Below, piece by piece: positions 1-7,882 of a stretch of 64,000 nucleotides of DNA (the stretch's first letter is position 1; each line of letters starts with the position of its first letter). The stretch lies in the IMG/VR virus record IMGVR_UViG_3300015261_000002, positions 1-64,000 of that record; one strand, given 5' to 3'. The position numbers were made by a program, and so were the translations under genes. The notes under the pieces were generated by a model. The model saw only the letters and a list, made by a program, of their open reading frames with translations, did not search any database and was not told the origin of the DNA.

Positions 1-690
1 GCACGGGCTGAGTTCATCATCAACCCGAAGACGGGTATCCACTACGACGCTTTCACCAAAATGGATGACGACAAGAAAATCGTCTACATGGTCGGCGATA
101 TCCAGAACCGGTTGCGTCGGGCAATCAACGACATCAACAAAGTGTTCCACGACGTCAAGAACAAAACCGACATCGTGCGCATTGACGGTGCAAAGGTAAA
201 CCTCGGCGACGAGTTGGCGTTAAAGACGCAGACCAAAGAGATCACGCAATTCGGTCTCTACCTTGATCGCATCCTCACCGAGGAAACCTCGTTCTACAAG
301 GACGAGTTGATCAAGTATGCGGCAGACGCGTTGGAAGGTTGTCCTCGTGACAAGGTGGCGTATGTCATCCAACAGTTCCCAGCGCTCTACAACAACCCGA
401 AGAAGCCGGAGTACAAACAGTTCGCTGACGCAGTTCTTCAGCACATGTTTGAATACCTACACACCAATGGTATTAAGAAAACCAACGTGTACGACGTCTT
501 GATCAAAATGCGCGGCGCCTATGGGGCTCCTCGTAGCAAGAACGACACGGTCAAGGTTATCCGAACCCTTGGTGACGAGATCGTCAAAGAACGAACGGGC
601 GTTAAAACCCAACAAACCGTGCAACTGGTACGTACCGCGCTGTGTCTCTACATCGTGCTGCGTATCCTGAGCAAGGATTATTTTGAGTAA
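1..690 (+). CDS. Conserved jumbo-phage hypothetical protein, 5'-truncated by the window edge
   Basis: Frame 1 is open from base 1 (ARAEFIINPK...) to TAA at 690 and has phage-like codon usage. No function recognised. Confidence 0.8.
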   Translation, partial: ARAEFIINPKTGIHYDAFTKMDDDKKIVYMVGDIQNRLRRAINDINKVFHDVKNKTDIVRIDGAKVNLGDELALKTQTKEITQFGLYLDRILTEETSFYKDELIKYAADALEGCPRDKVAYVIQQFPALYNNPKKPEYKQFADAVLQHMFEYLHTNGIKKTNVYDVLIKMRGAYGAPRSKNDTVKVIRTLGDEIVKERTGVKTQQTVQLVRTALCLYIVLRILSKDYFE

Positions 691-701
691 GGAGTGTTTC
701 A

Positions 702-1268
702 ATGCATTACTTTAACGTGGATGGTCAGAACGAGCTGACGGTAGCCGCTGCCCTGCACCAGATCAAAGACAAGCTTACCCTCGAAGGCAAGACTGTTGCT
801 ATCTGTTCGGACGTTGGTGTGGGATCCGACGCTCTGATGCAAGACCGCGATCTCTGGATGGCCATCACCCACCCCGACAAGAGCAACGAAGAAAAGATCG
901 TCGCCCTTCTTGAGGCACGTTCAAAGTTCTACAAAGAAACCCTACTCCCCGCCCTCAGTCAATACGAAATTGTGTTGGTAAAGGGCGGGTTGATTCATGA
1001 CATGCGTTGGATGGATTACCGCTCGGACTCTTTCCAAACTGTCTTGAAAGAAAACCTGGAGATGTTACAATCCCTGGGTGGTGTCGCTTATCCAGCGGGA
1101 GTAATCCTTGTGAAAGGAGTGGATGAGATCGACTTGACTGAAGGTTACACCGAGCTATTCGAAACACGGGCTCAACGTATGGGCGACGCCATGTCTCGTT
1201 TCAAGTACGTACAGTACGAGTTTGGTAACGGGGGTCGCTCTGATGTGAGCATGCTTCTCAACTCTTAA
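702..1268 (+). CDS. Degenerate thymidylate-kinase-fold protein lacking the P-loop
   Basis: RBS AAGGAG. Aligns by eye to the Tmk at 18350-19150 (ALLEARSKFYKETLLPAL vs ALLFNAARAENIKDVIRPAL), but GxxGxGKT and DR motifs are absent. Confidence 0.6.
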   Translation: MHYFNVDGQNELTVAAALHQIKDKLTLEGKTVAICSDVGVGSDALMQDRDLWMAITHPDKSNEEKIVALLEARSKFYKETLLPALSQYEIVLVKGGLIHDMRWMDYRSDSFQTVLKENLEMLQSLGGVAYPAGVILVKGVDEIDLTEGYTELFETRAQRMGDAMSRFKYVQYEFGNGGRSDVSMLLNS

Positions 1269-1284
1269 CACACGGAGACCAGCC

Positions 1285-1716
1285 ATGGTTCTTCAACACT
1301 TCGTAGGAACGAAAATCGTTAAGTCAAAACCAATGACAAGATTGGTGTACTGCGATTACAGAGGCTGGGAACTCCCAGCCGATGAAGATGGCTCTGATGA
1401 AGGCTATTTGGTCGAATACCTGGACGGCGGGAAACCTAACCATCCGGACCACGAAGGTTATATCTCCTGGGCGCCCAAGGAACAGCATGAAAATGCTTAC
1501 CTGTGTATGGGCAACCTGGGTACGTATACCCCGGCTCAACAAAAGTTGTTTGCACAAAAAGCTCAGCTGGAATACCAAATCAAATCACTTCGCCAAGAGA
1601 TCAAGGAAGTCGACGAGGTTCTCGTGACGACCTGGGAAGTGCAGCTGATGGAAACGCAGTTGGCTTACATGGAAGCACAATTAAACGTGCTGACGGAACG
1701 GACGGAGTGGTTCTGA
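1285..1716 (+). CDS. Two-domain phage protein: GTK..PM..GYLVEY..GYxSWxPK domain plus crAss001_48-like helical C-terminus
   Basis: RBS GGAG. Motif recognised from phage proteins often fused to DUF2829. Confidence 0.6.
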   Translation: MVLQHFVGTKIVKSKPMTRLVYCDYRGWELPADEDGSDEGYLVEYLDGGKPNHPDHEGYISWAPKEQHENAYLCMGNLGTYTPAQQKLFAQKAQLEYQIKSLRQEIKEVDEVLVTTWEVQLMETQLAYMEAQLNVLTERTEWF

Positions 1717-1723
1717 TTTTATG

Positions 1724-1777
1724 TAACTCCTCCCCTAACTCCTCCCCCTAGTCTTCACGGGCTAGGGCGGGAGTTAA
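1724..1777 (+). terminator. Imperfect stem-loop with duplicated left arm (TAACTCCTCCCC twice)
   Basis: Inverted repeat TAACTCC...GGAGTTA downstream of the 143-aa gene. Confidence 0.5.
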
Positions 1778-1818
1778 ATGTCCCCTATTCTGATACACCT
1801 ACTAAACACGAGACTACT

Positions 1819-2502
1819 ATGTCTGTCGACATCAGCAACTTTCTCATTGCCACACCGCTACCGGTCTCCATCACCAATCCGGTCGCCCTTGAAATCCCAG
1901 GCCTCGAAGCCCTGGAACGCTGTCCTGAAGTGATTCGCTTACTGGAGGATGGATCTCTTCAGATGTCTGCTTTAACGCTGGGAGCATCGAGTAAGAGCGT
2001 TAAGCGTACCCGCTGTGAATGGAAAGAGTCCGAGTACTGGTCTCTGGGTAGTGCGGACCGTCATTGGAGCCGCCAAGAAATGATCCTGGAAAAGGTCAAT
2101 GCTGCCCAAAAGGTGGTCATTGGTCAGATCCATGTCAAGAACGCTAACACCCCGCCTCTGAAGGTGTTCTGGAACCGGGGCAATATCACGGTAGGCTTCC
2201 GAGCCAGCTACGATAAACCCGATATCAAAAACTTCACTGTTCATGCAGGCGTTCCTCTGGGCGCCAAGTTCAAACTGAACATCGGGGTTACCCGAGCGGG
2301 TAAAGTGCAGATCAATGGTACTTGCAACGGGGTGGCATTCGAACCGTGCAATCTGCAAATGAACTACTCCTGGCAAAGACAGCTGCTGCAATTCCACGGC
2401 GGCGTCTACAACCAGGTTGATTACTCCGATGAAACCGCAGCCGATGATGGGTCGGTGTGCGTTATCAAAGCGCTGACTGTTTCACACAGTTCCGTCGAGT
2501 AG
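1819..2502 (+). CDS. Polysaccharide lyase family 7 (alginate-lyase-like)
   Basis: PL7 motifs RTRCEWKE (RxELR-like), VIGQIH and FHGGVYNQ (YFKAGxYxQ-like). Confidence 0.85.
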   Translation: MSVDISNFLIATPLPVSITNPVALEIPGLEALERCPEVIRLLEDGSLQMSALTLGASSKSVKRTRCEWKESEYWSLGSADRHWSRQEMILEKVNAAQKVVIGQIHVKNANTPPLKVFWNRGNITVGFRASYDKPDIKNFTVHAGVPLGAKFKLNIGVTRAGKVQINGTCNGVAFEPCNLQMNYSWQRQLLQFHGGVYNQVDYSDETAADDGSVCVIKALTVSHSSVE

Positions 2503-2543
2503 CAGCCATAACCCTGGAGCCTCCTTGCGGGGGCTCCAGGGTT
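2502..2543. terminator. Long stem-loop at a convergent junction, preceded by GCAGCCATA
   Basis: AACCCTGGAGCCTCC-TTGC-GGGGGCTCCAGGGTT, 15 bp with one G.T pair. Confidence 0.75.
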
Positions 2544-2550
2544 TAGGTGT

Positions 2551-5500
2551 TTACGCGCGTTTACGTTCTCGCAACATACGTTTAGCCCTTTCGAGTTTGG
2601 CGTCCTCGATAAGACTGTCCACGGTGAGGAGTTTCGCTGTTTCTGGAGGAAGCAGTTTGCTGAGCTTGTTGATCTCAGCTTCCAGACGCATCGCCAGGAT
2701 GTTGTCGTTGGTGTTCAACAGCTCATCCGTCAACTTCTGCACACGTTTCTTGATGTTGTCCATGAACGAGATAATGCTTGGATCAACTTCAGGAGCGCTC
2801 TTCTGCTTACCGGCGTCAAGGAGGTTACGCGTCTCCGACAACTGAATCCCGGTAGGAATCCCGTACATCGGTTTGTTTTGTCCCAACTTGATAAACCAGT
2901 ACGTCAGCAACCAGGCGATAACCAAGTCATCGTGCTGTTTACTGTCGTGGTCGATACGGTCTCCTTTCGTCTTGAGGTTGATCAACTCATCAGCCAGTCG
3001 ATCGTAGTTCAGCCCATACCCCGTTACCCCCACAGCTTCCTGAATTAAACCGTACAGGACTTCACGGGATTTAGCCGTGGTGTTAAATCCAAAGAACTGT
3101 TTGTACTTCAGGTAGAAGCTCTTACTGCGGTGAGCGAACTTGGTGTGCTGAACAGCCTCGTACTCCTTCGAATGGTTGACCGGGTCCTGGAAGATCTGGT
3201 TGTAGATCTTCGTGAACGGATCCATCCCTTTTGCCGGCAACATCACGAGGAGGTTATCGATCATGTGGTGAGCGTAGTTGCGTTCAATCACCAGCAGACT
3301 GTTTTCAAAGGTGGCCAGCATGTCCACAATGATCCCGGTTACATCATCCAGGAAAGCCAACTGATAACGTCCCACCCCAATCACCTTACCGGTTCGCATA
3401 CTGCGGATAATCAGCGTACAGGCGTCCTTGTTGATAGCCGATGAGGTATCCACCCCAATGAGGAAGAAGTCGTTATGGCTCTTCTTCGCCATCTCCAGCA
3501 GTTCTTGCTGCGTGACAAAGAAGTCTACAAACAGACCACTGTCACGATACTCCTTACTCCACACCTTATCCCGCTTCACGTTGTTGATCGCTTCACGGGT
3601 GATGTCGTCGAACACACGGTTCTCACCGTCTTCAACCCACATCAACAGCAAGTCGATCTTAGCCTTAGCCAAACTGAGGTTCAGGCTGTCAATCGTTTCA
3701 CGGACCCAGGCTTTGTCCTTGCCGAGTTGCAGGTAGTTATACACCAAGGCCACAGACGGTGACGTGGTCTTCTTCGGAGACGCTTTCAGCAATCGCATCT
3801 TCAGATGGCTTTCGCTGTAGGAGTCAAAGAACTTCTCACGCCACTCGGTCGACGTCATCAGCTTCTCAAACATGAACTCACCGCTTGGGTGAAGGGTCGT
3901 GTTTGGTGTCGTGATGTAACTGATCCCGTAAGGAATACCGCTGTCACGACAAATCTCCATCTCTGTCAGAGCAGAAGGAGAGCATCCGTTGATGATCGCC
4001 TCGATCCAGTTAATGTAACCTGGCTCGTCGTAGTTCGTGGTGCCTACCGTGAGACCCCGTCCAAGGTCACCTGCGGCGTCTTCACCCATCTGGGGTACCG
4101 AGATGGTCAGGGTGTTAACGTGCTCCTCCCCAAACGCTTTATACGTCAGGTAGTTACCCGCGTCCTTGTCTTTCCAGGTTGGGTTAACAAGGTACTTCGG
4201 CAAACAGGTTCGGATCTTTTTGATCGCGTCAATGAACTGAGCCCGGTTATCCGACTTCAGTGTCACAAGGTGAGACTTGTAGCCGCGCCCCATGATGTAC
4301 GTCAGCCAGAAAGCAATCACCTGTACCGATACCGTGTTGTGGGTGACCAGGAAGTCGTCAGTGACGTAGAGGTGTTCCTCGTTGTCGACTTCAATGCAGG
4401 TGCACGGTGCTTCACCGTAGTACTCGATCCGATCTACAAACAAACGGTTGTCGAATACAAACTCATCTTCAACGGTCTTGTACTTAAACAAAGCCATCGA
4501 AGCAGGAAGCGTAACCGTGAACTTACTGCCTTCCTTCAAAGCAGTGCCACCCAGTCCACGAGCGAGATACTGTACGTGACCGCCTACAAGCCTGCTGGAG
4601 GTCTTGTAGATGACACCCTCATCGCCGACTACTCCTTGGTCCAGAAACGCCTGTAACAGCAACAGGCGATCTTCCCAGGCCCCTTCCAGGTAGTCTACAG
4701 GCACCCCAAGCTCAGGATCGATAGAGATCTTCACATTCTCATCGGTCGAATGAATCTCACGACGATTACCCTTACAGACGAGTTCCAACCCTTCAGGCAG
4801 GTTCTCAACCAAGAAAGCATCGCAAGCATCCGACACCTTTTTGATCAACAGGTAACCACCAATCTGCTGAGCCCCGATCAAGGTCCCCATGACATACGGG
4901 TTGATCTTGAAGGTCTTTGCTTCTCCCTTCTCGGTCTCAATCAGTGGGAACTCAAGTTTAACCCCATCCTTGAGTTTCGTGATCATCTCGGCAGTCGTGT
5001 AGTCATCCCAGATGGGTTCGTCGTTAACCGTACGACCGTGGTCTGCCAGAGTCCACAGGTGCTCAGGCCCTGCGCTGACATAACGACCATCACTGGCATA
5101 AACACGGTACAGCCGTTTGATACCTTGAGCGTGGATACCGATAACCGTGGACTTCTTGCCGTAGCGATCGATAACCTCATCACCGGCTTGCAGATCCCCA
5201 ATCCGTCTCCAGGTCCCATCAGCCATGCGAACCTTGTCATTGTCATCCTGGTACTTGCCCTGTTGACGAGGCATGATCATGTACTGGGTGATGTGGTTCA
5301 GGTAGTTCCAGATAAAACTGATGTTCCCCCGATTCGCAAGGAACTGTCGGTCTGCCCGCAACTTACACACCTCACGGAGGAAGTACCAGAAGTTGGTCTC
5401 GCTCTCGTGCATGATCATGACTTTCTGTTCGTTTGTCAGATCGTCAGCGTAAGGGTCTACCCCGATAAGGGCCGGGTTGTTCAGTTGCAGCAGGAAGTTA

Positions 5501-5808
5501 AAGTTCTTAATCCCCTGTTGCCGAAAGATCTCAGCGGTCCGGATGAAACTGGTGTTACGGGTGGTGGTGTCAGGAATTGCACGATAACGAGCAAAGTCCT
5601 TTAGGAATCGAACGGTCTTGATCTTTGACAAACTGTCTTCATTGAAGTGAGCCATGATCAGCTCATCTTCGGTACGCTTCTCCCAGTCGACCCGGTTCTT
5701 ACGGTCGTCAATCAATTCACGTGGAAGGTTTTGTGCCCCAAGGTAATTCATGAGGTCTTTGGCAAACTTGAGCTGGCCCTCGTCTGCCGTATTCTCGGCT
5801 GTAGTCAT
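2551..5808 (-). CDS. terL: Terminase large subunit containing an intein
   Basis: After intein removal: Walker A PRQQGK|T, Walker B YDE, nuclease motif LIGVDTS. Position divergent from the sheath/tube genes matches phiKZ-like phages. ATG at 5808 preferred over GTG at 5826. Confidence 0.92.
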   Translation of the reverse strand: MTTAENTADEGQLKFAKDLMNYLGAQNLPRELIDDRKNRVDWEKRTEDELIMAHFNEDSLSKIKTVRFLKDFARYRAIPDTTTRNTSFIRTAEIFRQQGIKNFNFLLQLNNPALIGVDPYADDLTNEQKVMIMHESETNFWYFLREVCKLRADRQFLANRGNISFIWNYLNHITQYMIMPRQQGKYQDDNDKVRMADGTWRRIGDLQAGDEVIDRYGKKSTVIGIHAQGIKRLYRVYASDGRYVSAGPEHLWTLADHGRTVNDEPIWDDYTTAEMITKLKDGVKLEFPLIETEKGEAKTFKINPYVMGTLIGAQQIGGYLLIKKVSDACDAFLVENLPEGLELVCKGNRREIHSTDENVKISIDPELGVPVDYLEGAWEDRLLLLQAFLDQGVVGDEGVIYKTSSRLVGGHVQYLARGLGGTALKEGSKFTVTLPASMALFKYKTVEDEFVFDNRLFVDRIEYYGEAPCTCIEVDNEEHLYVTDDFLVTHNTVSVQVIAFWLTYIMGRGYKSHLVTLKSDNRAQFIDAIKKIRTCLPKYLVNPTWKDKDAGNYLTYKAFGEEHVNTLTISVPQMGEDAAGDLGRGLTVGTTNYDEPGYINWIEAIINGCSPSALTEMEICRDSGIPYGISYITTPNTTLHPSGEFMFEKLMTSTEWREKFFDSYSESHLKMRLLKASPKKTTSPSVALVYNYLQLGKDKAWVRETIDSLNLSLAKAKIDLLLMWVEDGENRVFDDITREAINNVKRDKVWSKEYRDSGLFVDFFVTQQELLEMAKKSHNDFFLIGVDTSSAINKDACTLIIRSMRTGKVIGVGRYQLAFLDDVTGIIVDMLATFENSLLVIERNYAHHMIDNLLVMLPAKGMDPFTKIYNQIFQDPVNHSKEYEAVQHTKFAHRSKSFYLKYKQFFGFNTTAKSREVLYGLIQEAVGVTGYGLNYDRLADELINLKTKGDRIDHDSKQHDDLVIAWLLTYWFIKLGQNKPMYGIPTGIQLSETRNLLDAGKQKSAPEVDPSIISFMDNIKKRVQKLTDELLNTNDNILAMRLEAEINKLSKLLPPETAKLLTVDSLIEDAKLERAKRMLRERKRA
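4336..5253 (-). mobile_element. 306-aa class-3-type intein (Tyr1) with degenerate LAGLIDADG remnants
   Basis: YQDDNDKVRMADG...IGDL...EHLW...CTCIEVD...VTHN|T, inserted between K and T of Walker A. Confidence 0.9.
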
Positions 5809-5848
5809 GATAGGTTCCCATTGCACATCAAAAAATAAAAGATACTCG

Positions 5849-5887
5849 CAAAAATAAAGCAGGCCCAGGGTGTTACCCCCAGGCCTG
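5849..5887 (-). terminator. Putative intrinsic terminator
   Basis: Imperfect GC hairpin followed on the minus strand by TTTATTTTT. Confidence 0.5.
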
Positions 5888-5897
5888 TTGTAGCGGG

Positions 5898-6128
5898 TTA
5901 CTTCAGGATCGACGCAGGGACACCAACTTCGGGATCCACTGGTTCTGCTTCTTCTTTCAGACGCTCATGAGTCGTCACAGCGCGGTTGTCGTAGATCAGC
6001 ACTTCACGGCTTTCACCGTTTTGCAGTGTGAACTGTTCGAACAGGCTACCGTCGGTGATGTTGAACACCTGGACCAGCACTTCTTTCGTATCCGCACAAT
6101 GAGCGGCAACCTTAACTTGCGATGTCAT
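5898..6128 (-). CDS. Small hypothetical protein (76 aa)
   Basis: RBS GGAG; fills the gap in a minus-strand operon. Confidence 0.75.
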   Translation of the reverse strand: MTSQVKVAAHCADTKEVLVQVFNITDGSLFEQFTLQNGESREVLIYDNRAVTTHERLKEEAEPVDPEVGVPASILK

Positions 6129-6160
6129 ACATTTCTCCGATAGGGATTACACGTATAACA

Positions 6161-7882
6161 TTAAGGCGCCAACTCCACGGTTACACCGGTCATGCCCAGT
6201 TGCAACTCAACGCCAGAGACGTCTTTGTTGATCCAGTTGACGTACCACGTCTTGCCCTTTTGCATGGCAATGGTGATCGCATTGGTCTGGTTCCAGGCTG
6301 TAATCGGGAACCGCCATTTACGGCCATCTTCATGCATCAGGTCGAAGTGAGTCGCCACCGGCGCCTTGTCTTCGTTGAAGATGTCGTAGCTTGGGTAGAT
6401 CGACCAGTACATCACGTTCAGCCACTCGTCGATGTGATCCTGACCGTTAGCAATGGTAAACGTGGTGTTAGCCCCGTTGTTCTTCGCCACGACATTCAAC
6501 GCCGTGTAGGCTGGCTTGCCGTAGGAGTAGTTGACACTCCAACGCTTGCCTGGACCGTTTACATCTTTCAACAACACAATCTCGGTGTGCTGAATGAACG
6601 GCACACTTTCATACGTCTGAGCGACGTCTTTGAGGTTGATGTTGAAGATGAGTGCCTGCGACAGACCATACGACGACGGTTTGTAGACCGGGCTCTTGTC
6701 GTTATAGGTAACCACCGCAGTAACGTCGGTAAACGTCTTGCGATCGAGGTCGTACAGGAAGTGCTGCAAACGGTAACCGTTGAGCGACGCATCCCATTGA
6801 GGGTAGGTGAAGATCCGTGGGCTGTAAGCACCCTTGGCTGCACCGGCCTCGAAGGTGTAGGTGTGTCGGGCAAAGTTCGGGTTACCCGGCTGAGCGACGT
6901 CATGCTGCTCGTTCGGGGCCAGTTTCTTGATCAACACCACGTCAGCACTTTGACCTGGGAACTTCGGACGGTATTCGTTAACGCCATGCAGCGTGTACTC
7001 ACCACCGTTGACCGGACCAGGTTCAGAAGTCGAACCGTCAGAGTAATGCGTAACCGCTCGCAGTTCGACAGACGACAGTTGAACGTTGACCGGAATGATC
7101 AGACGATCGCGATCGCTCACATGAGTGAACCATGGCGACAGCAGTTCCACACCGGTGACGTACTTGACGCCGATGTTGTGGTCTTTCATGTACGCCGAAT
7201 GCTGAACCATCAAAGGCTGAGCAGGCGGGATGAACGTTTCGCCATCGAAGAACACCAGCCAAGCACGCGTGCCATCCGGCAGAGCGAGTTCGTTCTTCGT
7301 TACGCTGAACGCACCGGTCGTCATGATCGACTTGTTCGTGTACTCGTTGATCAAGGCCAACTTAACCGGAACGGTCTTGCTGATCATGTTCATCGATTGG
7401 TCGTACTGAGCCGAGATGATGTTACCCTCGACAGCGGCATTACCCAGGTATACGAATGCATGGGTAGCACCCGGACGCATGATCGTCGCATCCACACGCG
7501 CCACGTTAGGGCGTACGGAGTAGTCGATCGACAGCAGAGCTTCACCGGCCATTGGACCACCACGGAGACCGTAGATGTAGTCCTGGTCGGTGGTGTTACC
7601 TTCGTCAACGTTGGTCAGGCGCCAAGGCACCAGGGTCGACTTCAGGGTAGCCTGCCAGTCCACTTTGGCAACGAGGTAAATCATGCCGTTAGGAGGATCA
7701 AACACCAGCTCCCCTTCCTGGGGCACAACGTACTTGGTCAGATCACTTGGTGGATGGACGTCTGGATCATAAATGTTCCAGAGGTAGTGGAAGTTTTTGC
7801 GTTCACCGGTGTTGAGGGGATGGATGTTCGTCCCCGCAACCGCAGCAATCGCGTTAGACAACGGCGACTGGTCAAACAGCAT
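6161..7882 (-). CDS. Virion structural protein (phiKZ gp26-like by synteny)
   Basis: 573-aa beta-rich ORF next to the terminase in the conserved block. Confidence 0.7.
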   Translation of the reverse strand: MLFDQSPLSNAIAAVAGTNIHPLNTGERKNFHYLWNIYDPDVHPPSDLTKYVVPQEGELVFDPPNGMIYLVAKVDWQATLKSTLVPWRLTNVDEGNTTDQDYIYGLRGGPMAGEALLSIDYSVRPNVARVDATIMRPGATHAFVYLGNAAVEGNIISAQYDQSMNMISKTVPVKLALINEYTNKSIMTTGAFSVTKNELALPDGTRAWLVFFDGETFIPPAQPLMVQHSAYMKDHNIGVKYVTGVELLSPWFTHVSDRDRLIIPVNVQLSSVELRAVTHYSDGSTSEPGPVNGGEYTLHGVNEYRPKFPGQSADVVLIKKLAPNEQHDVAQPGNPNFARHTYTFEAGAAKGAYSPRIFTYPQWDASLNGYRLQHFLYDLDRKTFTDVTAVVTYNDKSPVYKPSSYGLSQALIFNINLKDVAQTYESVPFIQHTEIVLLKDVNGPGKRWSVNYSYGKPAYTALNVVAKNNGANTTFTIANGQDHIDEWLNVMYWSIYPSYDIFNEDKAPVATHFDLMHEDGRKWRFPITAWNQTNAITIAMQKGKTWYVNWINKDVSGVELQLGMTGVTVELAP

